Shown here piece by piece: positions 1 to 9,119 of a stretch of DNA of 32,000 nucleotides. Made by a program: the position numbers and the translations under genes. This DNA comes from Candidatus Hermodarchaeota archaeon (GTDB lineage: Archaea > Asgardarchaeota > Heimdallarchaeia > Hodarchaeales > Hodarchaeaceae): positions 97,981 to 129,980 of the forward strand of contig JBHLKY010000012.1 of the NCBI GenBank assembly GCA_048886185.1, in the 5' to 3' direction. Numbering within the stretch: position 1 is the first letter of the stretch; each line of letters opens with the position of its first letter. Under the pieces are notes generated by a model. It worked only from the letters and a program-made list of their open reading frames with translations. It was not told where the DNA came from and searched no databases.

Positions 1-1829
1 ACTCGCTCTGACATCTTAATGAGATCATCAGGTGTGGAATTTCTCCCAGTCACACTACTGAAATATTGAGAATACCAGTTTACATGCTTTGGGATTTTTG
101 CACGAGCATTAGGTAATGTTAAAGGTTTTTGGGGGTTATCTATGTTGTCATTTGGGATAACATCGTTCCATGGTAACTTACAGAGACCATTAAGCCCAAA
201 CCAAGTCCTCCAGAATGGAAACCATGCCAAAGCTTCAGCTTTATCTTCAAATGTGGGAAGATTCCCCCTTACAGAATCTTCAAAGATTAGCCATGCCTCA
301 TCATGTTGTGGGCCTTTCAAAGTTAAACCGTAACCACCTTGTTGTGCCAAAGATTCTTTAGTAACATATTCAGAGAATTCCAAGCCCTTATGCTCCATTC
401 CGATGTCTTGAAGAAATTGAGGATCAGCACCGTACTTTTCAGCAAAGACCTTCTTCATTTCCGCAATACCTTGCCCCACGATAACTCCAAATCCTTCACC
501 TCGAGCCATTTGGTGGATTAATTCGAGAGCTGCCTCTCCATTTCCAAAATTCAAGTCTAGTCCCCCCGTAATTTTCTCATTTAAAACTCCTGCTTCGAAA
601 CATTCCATCACAAAGGCAATCCCAGTTCCTACTGAAATTGTATCTAATGCATAGTTATCACAGTAAAAGTTTGCTTCTAAGACCCATTTTGGATCCCATA
701 CACCCCAATTACTCCCGCATCCTGCGATGGTCTCATACTCAGGTCCATCCACATGTACTTCTTGACCCTTAAAAGGTCCCGTGAGGGCTTTGTGGCCTTT
801 AGAAATGTGACTACACGCAATGGTACATCCAATCCAACAACCATCAGTACCTTTTCCAGTATCCGTATAAATTGATCGCATTACCTCACGTGTGTAAGGA
901 AAATGTTCTCCTTTCAACTCTTTGTGAGCACCAAATCGAAAATTTTCTGTAGGGAGGAGGTCGAAATCATTCATGATTTCAGGGAGATGACCTGTTCCAA
1001 CTACACGCATCTCATTCTGTTCAGGATCATTCTTAATAATTTCAAGATTATGCTGCTTTCCGACATTTTTTGCCGTATCAAGATCTGAAGGATTATTAAT
1101 CTTAGCATCAATCCTTGGTGAGCGACATACTAGAGCTTTTAGATGCTTATTTCGGAAAACGGTACCAATTCCCCCACGTCCAGCTTGTTTATAACTAGCC
1201 CATTCTCGCTTCTTATTATACCATGAAAAATTCAAACAACCCCACTTAGAATACTCTGCTCCTTTTCCAGATGAAACAACACTAACCCGATGCTTTTCTT
1301 TATCGGTTGAATTCACAGCATATCTCTCTGTTAACTGTTGAGTCAACAAATATGCATCATCAGGTATATTCTCAGCCTTTTCTATACGGACAGTTCCTTC
1401 ATCACCATTTATGAAGATTACAATGTCTTTTTCTGCTTTTCCCTGGATTTCAATTGCATCAAATCCTGAAAATTTGAGATAAGGCCCAAAATATCCTCCA
1501 ACATTACTATCGATCACAATACCTGTTAATGGGGAGATTGTTGTAACAATAGATTTTCCAGACCCAGGATAAAATGTACTCCCTCCTAGCGGGCCAGAAG
1601 CAATACATATCTCATTTTCGGGATCATCCCACTTCACAGGATGCTTTGGTAAACCGTGCCACATTAAGTTTAGGTTGAATCCTTTTCCTCCGATAAATTT
1701 CTCCTTCATTTCATCAGTAACAGGCTTAATCTTTATTTCATTAGAATCTAAGTTGATATATAGTGTTCTATTTGCATATCCTTTCTCAACTGGTTTTAAT
1801 TCATAAGATAATTCTGATATGACAGCCAT
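1..1829 (-). CDS. Aldehyde:ferredoxin oxidoreductase (AOR/WOR, tungstopterin) family protein; 3' end runs off the window
   Basis: Read manually: ATG at 1829 after a GGAGG RBS, open for 609 codons to the edge. MAVISELSYELKPVEKGYANRTLYINL..., with AOR motifs FIGGKG, SPLTG..DSNVGG, AGRGGIGTV, GCWIGCTIAC, DGPEYET and CDNYALDTIS. Confidence 0.93.
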   Translation of the reverse strand, partial: MAVISELSYELKPVEKGYANRTLYINLDSNEIKIKPVTDEMKEKFIGGKGFNLNLMWHGLPKHPVKWDDPENEICIASGPLGGSTFYPGSGKSIVTTISPLTGIVIDSNVGGYFGPYLKFSGFDAIEIQGKAEKDIVIFINGDEGTVRIEKAENIPDDAYLLTQQLTERYAVNSTDKEKHRVSVVSSGKGAEYSKWGCLNFSWYNKKREWASYKQAGRGGIGTVFRNKHLKALVCRSPRIDAKINNPSDLDTAKNVGKQHNLEIIKNDPEQNEMRVVGTGHLPEIMNDFDLLPTENFRFGAHKELKGEHFPYTREVMRSIYTDTGKGTDGCWIGCTIACSHISKGHKALTGPFKGQEVHVDGPEYETIAGCGSNWGVWDPKWVLEANFYCDNYALDTISVGTGIAFVMECFEAGVLNEKITGGLDLNFGNGEAALELIHQMARGEGFGVIVGQGIAEMKKVFAEKYGADPQFLQDIGMEHKGLEFSEYVTKESLAQQGGYGLTLKGPQHDEAWLIFEDSVRGNLPTFEDKAEALAWFPFWRTWFGLNGLCKLPWNDVIPNDNIDNPQKPLTLPNARAKIPKHVNWYSQYFSSVTGRNSTPDDLIKMSER

Positions 1830-1944
1830 AATAGCGTTCCTCCATTAGAAACAAGATGACACACGATAATAGGGGCGTAGAGCTTTCAAACAACTAATTT
1901 AAATAAAACTATATTAATTTGATTCATTGAGGATGTAGCAAGAA

Positions 1945-2760
1945 ATGAGTAAAACTGAAAGACATCGTTGTGAGCTAGAAATTCTCTTTTCTGATTTTTT
2001 TCAAACTAAGGATTATAATCCGCTTATGAATTATTTGACTAGAAATAGTAATTTACCTGGGCGGAGAGCGAATTTGGAGCTAGCAAAAGCATTTACAATG
2101 GTAATAGAAGACAATTGGAAAGGTAATGAGGAACTTATCTGGAAATTTATAACTATATTATGTGATATAACTCCGAATCAAGCCCCAACTAATGATCCTA
2201 AAGAATTTCTCCCTTTTTGTGCCACATGGACATTAGGATCTATAGGAGTAATTTCAAAGAGTCACTATAAGGAAGTTTTTTACCGTTTGAAAGAATTGGC
2301 TAATGATTCACGATGGCGTATTCGTGAAGCAGTAGCAAAAGGAATCCATAGACTCATTGAAGAAAATTATGAAGAAGCAACAAAAGAACTAGCCACTTGG
2401 ATTTTGAAAAATCAGTATCTTTTGATGAGAGCAGTAGTTACAGGGGTAGCTGAACCTAACCTCTTAAAAAATGATCAAATGAAGAAACAAGCATTAACAC
2501 TTCATAAAGAGGTTTTTAATGAAATTATGAACCGTAATGATGAAAAAACTGATGAATTCAACGTTTTAAAGAAAGGATTAGCATATTCATTGAGTGTTGT
2601 TGTTCAAGCGATTCCTGAAGAAGGATTTAGATACATGGAAGAACTAACAACGTCTCAAGATAAAGACATTAAGTGGATTCTTAAACAGAATCTAAAGAAG
2701 AATAGATTGAGCAAAAATTTCCAAGCTACAGTTCGTGTACTAAGTAATAAGTTGAAATAA
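1945..2760 (+). CDS. HEAT/ARM-repeat alpha-helical protein (possibly AlkD-like superfamily), function unknown
   Basis: 271-aa helical ORF with HEAT-like segments (LANDSRWRIREAVAKGI, SQDKDIKWILKQNLKKNRL) and NSNLPGRRANLELA near the N terminus. Confidence 0.6.
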   Translation: MSKTERHRCELEILFSDFFQTKDYNPLMNYLTRNSNLPGRRANLELAKAFTMVIEDNWKGNEELIWKFITILCDITPNQAPTNDPKEFLPFCATWTLGSIGVISKSHYKEVFYRLKELANDSRWRIREAVAKGIHRLIEENYEEATKELATWILKNQYLLMRAVVTGVAEPNLLKNDQMKKQALTLHKEVFNEIMNRNDEKTDEFNVLKKGLAYSLSVVVQAIPEEGFRYMEELTTSQDKDIKWILKQNLKKNRLSKNFQATVRVLSNKLK

Positions 2761-2767
2761 CAACAAT

Positions 2768-3058
2768 TCAGAGAGCTAAACAACCACCCCCCACAGGTGG
2801 AACACATGTTATAGTGTCACCATCTTCAACTTTTTCCTCCAAGCCATTAAGTGATTCAATATCTCTTCCATTCAGAAGGATATGAAAATGACTTCTTACT
2901 ATCCCTGTTTCTGGATGAACAATATGGTTTAGTACTGATTTACCAATTTGTGACTCTAGGCTAATTAATACTTCTCGAATAGAGTTTCCCTCTGCAATAA
3001 AGTTCTTTTTTCCAGCCCAGCGTTCTAGGGGACCATAAAAAGTCACATTGATAGCCAC
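2768..3058 (-). CDS. MoaD/ThiS/SAMP (Urm1-like) ubiquitin-fold protein with a 4-residue extension after the di-Gly
   Basis: GTG start after GAGGA. Beta-grasp signature ILLNGRDI...L..GDTITCVPPVGGG, followed by CLAL and a stop. Confidence 0.88.
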   Translation of the reverse strand: MAINVTFYGPLERWAGKKNFIAEGNSIREVLISLESQIGKSVLNHIVHPETGIVRSHFHILLNGRDIESLNGLEEKVEDGDTITCVPPVGGGCLAL

Positions 3059-3101
3059 ATTTTATTCCTCTCACATGCCAGGGGAAAGAAAAGATAAAAT
3101 A

Positions 3102-4220
3102 TTAAGGCATTTTCTTAACAACTTCTTCCGCTACTTCCAAAGTGGAACTAGAACCACCCATATCGTAAGTTTTAACCTTTCCTTCTCTAATAACTATAGC
3201 AATTCCTTCTTCAATGTTTTTTGCGATTTCTAATAACGATGAATCCCCTTTGGCTCCTAACCATTCTAACATCAGTTTAGCGGATAAGAATGCCGCTGTT
3301 GGATTGACCTTATATTGGCCTGCATACTTTGGAGCCGATCCATGCGTTGGTTCAAACAGACCATAGACATCCCCATTTGTGGAAGCACTAGATGCAAATC
3401 CTAATCCTCCTATTAGTTGAGCTGCAAGATCACTTATTATATCACCAAACATATTTGTAGTTACCATAACCCCATAATCCTGAGGATTTTTTATCAGCCA
3501 CATGCACATAGCATCGATGTTTGTCTCCCACATTTCGATACCTGGATAATCTTTAGCAACCTCAAAAGCAATTCTTCGAAACATTCCACAAGTTTGCCGA
3601 ATAACATTGGCTTTATGGATGACTGTGACGGTTGGATATCCAAATTTTTCAGCATATTCGAACGCGGTTACCAATATTCTGCGGCAACCCTTCTCAGTAA
3701 AAACACGACAAGAAACAGCTGTTGTTTCAGGATCAAATCTTTTAAATTTTTCCAAAGAGGATAGTTGCTTGAATTCTTCTCCTCTATCGTATTCAATACC
3801 AATGTATAATCCCTCAGTGTTTTCTCTAAACGTAATTAGATCGATATCGTCTCTATAATTGAGGGGATTTCCTGCATAGGCTTTAGTTGGCCTCATATTC
3901 GAGTATAAATCAAAGATCTGACGTAATCGTACAATAGGAGAACGATAAGGAATCCCAAATTTCTTAACAGTTTTCACTACCTCTGGATCCGTCGTTGGAC
4001 GAGAGGTAATAGCTCCGAAAAGAGATGCATCTGTTTCTTTCATTCCCTCAACTGTTCGATCAGGAAGAGGATCGCCCTCTGCTTTGAAAAGATCAAATCC
4101 AATATCGAGGGAAATATAATCAGCATCAAAGCTTGTCGCGTCAAGGACAATTCTGGCTGCTTCCAACACATCCTTACCGATTCCATCTCCAGGCATATAA
4201 GCAATTTTGTATTTTGCCAT
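3102..4220 (-). CDS. Isocitrate/isopropylmalate (beta-decarboxylating) dehydrogenase, probably NADP-preferring isocitrate/homoisocitrate type
   Basis: Motifs PGDGIG, LRQIFDLYSNMRP, RENTEGLY, HKANV, NMFGDIISDL and FEPTHGSAPKYAG. Confidence 0.92.
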   Translation of the reverse strand: MAKYKIAYMPGDGIGKDVLEAARIVLDATSFDADYISLDIGFDLFKAEGDPLPDRTVEGMKETDASLFGAITSRPTTDPEVVKTVKKFGIPYRSPIVRLRQIFDLYSNMRPTKAYAGNPLNYRDDIDLITFRENTEGLYIGIEYDRGEEFKQLSSLEKFKRFDPETTAVSCRVFTEKGCRRILVTAFEYAEKFGYPTVTVIHKANVIRQTCGMFRRIAFEVAKDYPGIEMWETNIDAMCMWLIKNPQDYGVMVTTNMFGDIISDLAAQLIGGLGFASSASTNGDVYGLFEPTHGSAPKYAGQYKVNPTAAFLSAKLMLEWLGAKGDSSLLEIAKNIEEGIAIVIREGKVKTYDMGGSSSTLEVAEEVVKKMP

Positions 4221-4237
4221 AATTCTTCAATCCCAGA

Positions 4238-4798
4238 TTATTTAGTCTCCATTGAGATTTTTAAAGGCCCAAAATGCAAGAAATCACACCGATGAACAAT
4301 TTCACCCTCTATAGTTCGTCCTGGACCTTTATCTCCTTCCCAGGAATGTTGATAAATGTTTTGTACGATTTCATATGGAAGATTATGTTTCATTGCTAGT
4401 CCTGCTCCTGTTACTGGATGTCTTAGTCTTTTCCCTATTTCTGATTTCGCAATTCCACCATCTGATGCCTCTATATATTCGATTGGTTTACCTATATCAT
4501 GAAGAATTGCGCTAGCGACTAAAACATCATGGTTAATGGGAATCCCCATCTTTTCAAGTAAATAGGTAGATTGAAGAGCCAAATCTGTTACAATTTGGAC
4601 ATGTTCTTTGAAACTAACCTTCACTTCTGGAATCACATCTGTAAAGGGAAAATCCATGTTCTTCCATCCATGTCCATCATTACCGATCTTAAGCGCTTCA
4701 ACACAGACATTTACCACTTTATCTCTCAGAATCTCTTCTGAAATATGGTTAAGCTGATTTAAAAACACTTTTCGAACGTAATCATCCATTAAATTCAC
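4238..4798 (-). CDS. HD-domain (HDIG) metal-dependent phosphohydrolase
   Basis: EH...LHDIGK, RHPVTGA, HS and HRCD motifs. Its stop lies 17 bp upstream of the dehydrogenase start, suggesting an operon. Confidence 0.88.
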   Translation of the reverse strand: MNLMDDYVRKVFLNQLNHISEEILRDKVVNVCVEALKIGNDGHGWKNMDFPFTDVIPEVKVSFKEHVQIVTDLALQSTYLLEKMGIPINHDVLVASAILHDIGKPIEYIEASDGGIAKSEIGKRLRHPVTGAGLAMKHNLPYEIVQNIYQHSWEGDKGPGRTIEGEIVHRCDFLHFGPLKISMETK

Positions 4799-4932
4799 CC
4801 ATTTTTTATTCTGTTAACTAATAATCTTATGAGTCAGTATTGGAAAACGAAAAAGGATGAAATCATAAATCGAATAAACATTGTTGTAATTCATTATATT
4901 ATCGATGAATTCCTTTTAACCAATACTCTTGT

Positions 4933-6966
4933 TTATTTACGTACATCCATCAATTGCTTATTTTGTCGTTCTTCAGAAGCTGGCTTGTTTTCTTCAGTTG
5001 AAAAAAGACTTAAATCTTCTAAACCTTTCGATTTGCCCTCATTTGTTTGATCCTGACCTTCTTTTTTCTTCTCTTGTCTGTTGTTTATAAACCCCGATAG
5101 CAGAAAGACAATAGCAGCCAGAAAAAGAATAAATATTCCCAACGGAAGAAAAACAAAATGATTCATTTCAAAATCCATTTTAATAAAATCAGAGATCGTT
5201 TGATTCGTGGATGGCGGGGGAGGCCCTGTTTCCATTGTAACTGATCCTAAACCAGCTGTAAATAAATACCAGAGAAGTTCAGTGGCTACTGTTGCGATTA
5301 CTAATATTCCTGCAAGTACCTTACGACGTTGAAAATAACAATGAACTGTGAAGTATAAAAGAAAGAGAAAAAGAAACCATGTTCCAACAGTTATTAATCC
5401 ATGAAACCAATCACTGTCGCCTGACATGAATGTATCTGGCAAGAAATACCACTGCCCATTAGTATGCTTGAGAATATAAAACATTTCTTCGCTCGTTCTA
5501 TAAATGTCAGGTATCGGAAGCCATTTGATTCGTGAACTTATTGATGTTCGTGAATAAGATAGAAAAGGATTCTGACCAAATTTCATGTCCATATTGACTT
5601 CAAAAATATTACCAAATACTGGTACATTTGTGAATACGGTAGCACTCATTTCCATAAAAATAATAGGACTAATTACTCCCAAGAATAGAATTATTATTCC
5701 AAAATGTTGTCTAAAGGTTCGTGGAATATCCCTGATTTTATTAGGATAATTATTCAAAACTTTTGGATAATAATCTTTGATAAATTGTTTTATAGTACCA
5801 TTGGGTTCAGGATATGCTTCAAATAATGAGTGATTTAAATAAATCTGCATTCCAGACATGAAAATTACCACCCATAAAAGGATACTCTTGAGACCTATTC
5901 TTACTAGGGATCCGCCAAAATCATTGAAAAGTATTGTATGATCAATGAAAAGAATCCCCCCAAATGGAATTAGCGGAAGAAAAATCAAAATGTTAAAAAC
6001 TATTGACTTGAAATGTATATTCTTATAAAATTTAAAATCAGCAAGCGGAACCAACCATGAAGGCAATGATGATGACGACCAAATAGTCACTATTCCGTCA
6101 ATAACAATAAAGAATAAGAGAAATATTCCAACAGAAATGATAACAAAGATTGAAATGTTATAAAATTCTCTCAATTGAGAAATTAATGGATGAAACATTG
6201 TCAGATAATCAAAATAAATCGTTAAATTAACCAAAATTTTCAGAAGAACTGGATATCGTATCTTTTGGGTTTTTAAAAAAACAATAGCAAGAATTACCCC
6301 ACCAAGTAACTGAATTAATAAATCAAAAGTTGCCTGCTCTTCTGAATAGACTACAAGATTTATAAAAAAGGGGGAGATAGCATAGACCATCGAAGAAATA
6401 ATAATAATCCATCCAGCTTTTAATCGTTTTATCAATAGGGCTTGAATTATCATCTTTCGATATAATAATTCCTCAAAAACAGGTATAATCACGAATAATA
6501 ACAGTATTAATAACAATTGGTAATCTATAGATTCAATAACCTTTCTTGACATTAAAATCTCTGGCCAGACTTTAATAAACTCACTAGTTTCAGATAATAT
6601 GAGTAAAGAGCTGTTAAAATTCATCGATAAGAAACTAATACATCCTACATAAATAATACCTGCAATGATCAGAAAATTTCGAACTCTTATGCTAGAATGG
6701 AGTTCAATATCATTTCCTTGTACTTTAAAATTCATTAATAAGATTAAAACAAGAATACCCATTCCTTTTGAGATAGCTGTTGTCACAAGATGAAGAAATT
6801 CATCAGAAAATAATAATAAATTAACATCGATCTCTCTAATACTTATTTTGAGGAATTCGAACAATACCTGAAGAATATTTTCGATTGAAATTATAAAAAT
6901 GACTAGTAGAACAGGAAGAAATAGATGATCCTTTATCTTTGTCTTCAATATCATATGAATAGCCAT
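4933..6966 (-). CDS. Large polytopic membrane protein with a degenerate CPBP (CAAX protease/Abi) domain and an unknown C-terminal half
   Basis: Many hydrophobic helices and IIPVFEELLYRK (EExxxR motif). The later His motifs are absent. Start uncertain (ATG 6966 or 6954, TTG 7002). Confidence 0.7.
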   Translation of the reverse strand: MAIHMILKTKIKDHLFLPVLLVIFIISIENILQVLFEFLKISIREIDVNLLLFSDEFLHLVTTAISKGMGILVLILLMNFKVQGNDIELHSSIRVRNFLIIAGIIYVGCISFLSMNFNSSLLILSETSEFIKVWPEILMSRKVIESIDYQLLLILLLFVIIPVFEELLYRKMIIQALLIKRLKAGWIIIISSMVYAISPFFINLVVYSEEQATFDLLIQLLGGVILAIVFLKTQKIRYPVLLKILVNLTIYFDYLTMFHPLISQLREFYNISIFVIISVGIFLLFFIVIDGIVTIWSSSSLPSWLVPLADFKFYKNIHFKSIVFNILIFLPLIPFGGILFIDHTILFNDFGGSLVRIGLKSILLWVVIFMSGMQIYLNHSLFEAYPEPNGTIKQFIKDYYPKVLNNYPNKIRDIPRTFRQHFGIIILFLGVISPIIFMEMSATVFTNVPVFGNIFEVNMDMKFGQNPFLSYSRTSISSRIKWLPIPDIYRTSEEMFYILKHTNGQWYFLPDTFMSGDSDWFHGLITVGTWFLFLFLLYFTVHCYFQRRKVLAGILVIATVATELLWYLFTAGLGSVTMETGPPPPSTNQTISDFIKMDFEMNHFVFLPLGIFILFLAAIVFLLSGFINNRQEKKKEGQDQTNEGKSKGLEDLSLFSTEENKPASEERQNKQLMDVRK

Positions 6967-7190
6967 CTCTAGTAATAATTGAAGGATTAGACAGAAGCTC
7001 AAAGAATTAATCTGTTTTGGGATACTGTTTCTCCTAATGCTGTTAAAATTGATTGGGAACTTGAGATCTCTATATCCCTTAAAAATTCTTTTTTAAATTA
7101 TATTTTCTCTCATGATTAAAAGAGTGATTGTTTTACAGATATAATTCTAGTTTTATTTTCACCAGTCTAGAGAAAAATAGTTTAAGAAAT

Positions 7191-7206
7191 AAAAAAAAAA
7201 GAAAAA
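7191..7206 (-). terminator. Archaeal oligo-T intrinsic terminator
   Basis: TTTTTCTTTTTTTTTT on the minus strand, starting 15 nt after the stop of the 7221..9119 gene. Confidence 0.55.
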
Positions 7207-7220
7207 GGAGGTAGTAATTC

Positions 7221-9119
7221 CTATTTTCGACGTTTAACGATTACTGCAACAATAGCTAACACTAATAGCATAGGGATGACTGAAAAACCTGGTGTGATAC
7301 CAGCTCCGTCACCAGCTTCTCCTTTTGTGTCCTCTGGGAGCGCTGTTGGGTCAGGAAGTTCCTCGTAATCATTGTTTCGAAGGTTTGCTTTGAGATCTAA
7401 TGAAAGTGTTGCATCGTCATAGAAAGTAACGGGTACATACTCACCAATAGTTTCGTTATATACATAATCTGTATGAAGGGGCATGTCTTCTAAGTTTGCA
7501 TCCAAACTTATGTCTAAACCAATTCCCACAATTAAACCTTCATCAGTGTACATTAGCCATGCTTCAATCGATGCAACCACATCCGCATAAGGTCTCTCTG
7601 GATCTTGAGTCATAGGCCAGTCAGCCCAGCCAGCAGTGTCCCACTCGATATCAACTTCACCACTAAAGTAGAAAACTTTATAATCGTTGCTTGCACGCAT
7701 TTCATAAGTGATGTCGAATGTATCCACTGTCATACCAATATCAGCTAGGTCAGTCTGTGCTGAAGACGAAGTAACTGTTGCCTCTATTACTTCTAGGTAA
7801 GATGAAATGCTGAGTACAGACGCTCGCCACATATCCCAATCAGGTGTTATCCCTGGTGCCGCGAATGGTATTATTCCACCAATTCCTGTTGTATCATAAA
7901 ACGTCCAATCTGACCAAGGTCCTTCAGCCGATACATCCAGATATGAGGGATTTCCAGAAAATCCATTCCACCAGACTCCTTCTATATCCTCTTGTTGATA
8001 TTGGTTAATAGTGGTCTCATAGAAACAGCCATCAACATCAGAAATTTCAAATTCGAAGATGTCATCGCCTACCATATCACCGACTTCGTCTACATAATAA
8101 TCAAACTGAGCAATAATTTCCGGTTGGTCTAGAATGAAACCTGTAGCGTCATAATTAAATTCTGCACTGTCCATTACAATGGTAATTCTATTGTCTTGTT
8201 CGATTTCCTTTGGAAGGGGATTATATCTTTTTTCCTTAAAAGAGACTTCGACATTCATATCAAGAACATTGTCATTGCCTACTAAGTCTCCTGAAAGTTG
8301 TCCTTTTACTCTCTTGAATATCCCTTCATATTTGCCAGTCTCATGCCATGCTATTTCGAGAGTGACGTCGACATCTGGATTCCAGCCAGATGGGATTTCA
8401 GTACTTTCAGTCGTATAAGGTGGATAACTAGTTTCCCACCATGTTTCAGTAGTTTCTGTACTATAGTACCCATCTGTAGAGTCAGTGTATAAAGCACCTT
8501 CACCAACATGACCAGATAAAGCTACTATGAACTCACCATTTTCTCTACTTGTCGAAATTTCGATATCGTAATTCATCCCAATTAATAAATCCTCGAGATC
8601 CATAAACATTTCTTCGTATTGATCCCACTCATTTGGATCAAAATAGAATGGAAACCCTGGATCTGTACCAAAATCCTCGCTAATAAACTTCAGATAATCA
8701 CTGCCAGGAATCATCTGGCCAATGCCTAAACCAACCCCTTCAGGAATTACTAGTTTTTCACCACCAAAAATCTCGGTGATATCTGATGGAGTTCCCTCGG
8801 GGAATGGAACTTCAATGTCTTTTCCTAAAATAACATACGAATTTAAGGCATAAAAGCCAGCATTATTGTCTGTTGCCATTACTTTGACAGCAAAAGTGCT
8901 ACCTGCCAAATCAATGATAAGATCTTCAAAAGAGAATCCCGCCAATCCCATGTCTCCGAGAAGATCCTGCCAAGGGATATCAAATTCTGTGACAGAGTAG
9001 AGGAAAGTGTCACCTGGTTTCATAATATTTTCGTCAATATCGGACACTACTCCTATCGATGGAACCAATAATAGCATTAGAAGTCCTATCGCTATAAAAA
9101 ATGAAAACTTTTTTCTCAT
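7221..9119 (-). CDS. Secreted acidic cell-surface (S-layer-like) protein with a PGF-CTERM-type sorting signal
   Basis: N-terminal signal peptide (MRKK plus hydrophobic stretch), D/E-rich body and a Thr/Ser-rich linker. The C terminus TPGFSVIPMLLVLAIVAVIVKRRK is PGF + TM helix + basic tail. Confidence 0.85.
   Translation of the reverse strand: MRKKFSFFIAIGLLMLLLVPSIGVVSDIDENIMKPGDTFLYSVTEFDIPWQDLLGDMGLAGFSFEDLIIDLAGSTFAVKVMATDNNAGFYALNSYVILGKDIEVPFPEGTPSDITEIFGGEKLVIPEGVGLGIGQMIPGSDYLKFISEDFGTDPGFPFYFDPNEWDQYEEMFMDLEDLLIGMNYDIEISTSRENGEFIVALSGHVGEGALYTDSTDGYYSTETTETWWETSYPPYTTESTEIPSGWNPDVDVTLEIAWHETGKYEGIFKRVKGQLSGDLVGNDNVLDMNVEVSFKEKRYNPLPKEIEQDNRITIVMDSAEFNYDATGFILDQPEIIAQFDYYVDEVGDMVGDDIFEFEISDVDGCFYETTINQYQQEDIEGVWWNGFSGNPSYLDVSAEGPWSDWTFYDTTGIGGIIPFAAPGITPDWDMWRASVLSISSYLEVIEATVTSSSAQTDLADIGMTVDTFDITYEMRASNDYKVFYFSGEVDIEWDTAGWADWPMTQDPERPYADVVASIEAWLMYTDEGLIVGIGLDISLDANLEDMPLHTDYVYNETIGEYVPVTFYDDATLSLDLKANLRNNDYEELPDPTALPEDTKGEAGDGAGITPGFSVIPMLLVLAIVAVIVKRRK

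Noticed and set aside
142-1088. Short + strand ORFs 142..333, 339..521 and 903..1088
   Set aside because: Antisense shadows of the long minus-strand AOR gene, which the ORF track omitted because it runs off the window.
3102-4220. Naming the dehydrogenase leuB
   Set aside because: It lacks the IPMDH E..LL.LR and APDIAG signatures, and no leuA/C/D genes are nearby.
3048-5050. + strand ORFs 3048..3233, 3417..3764, 3607..3858 and 4829..5050
   Set aside because: They overlap well-supported minus-strand genes and have no recognisable motifs.
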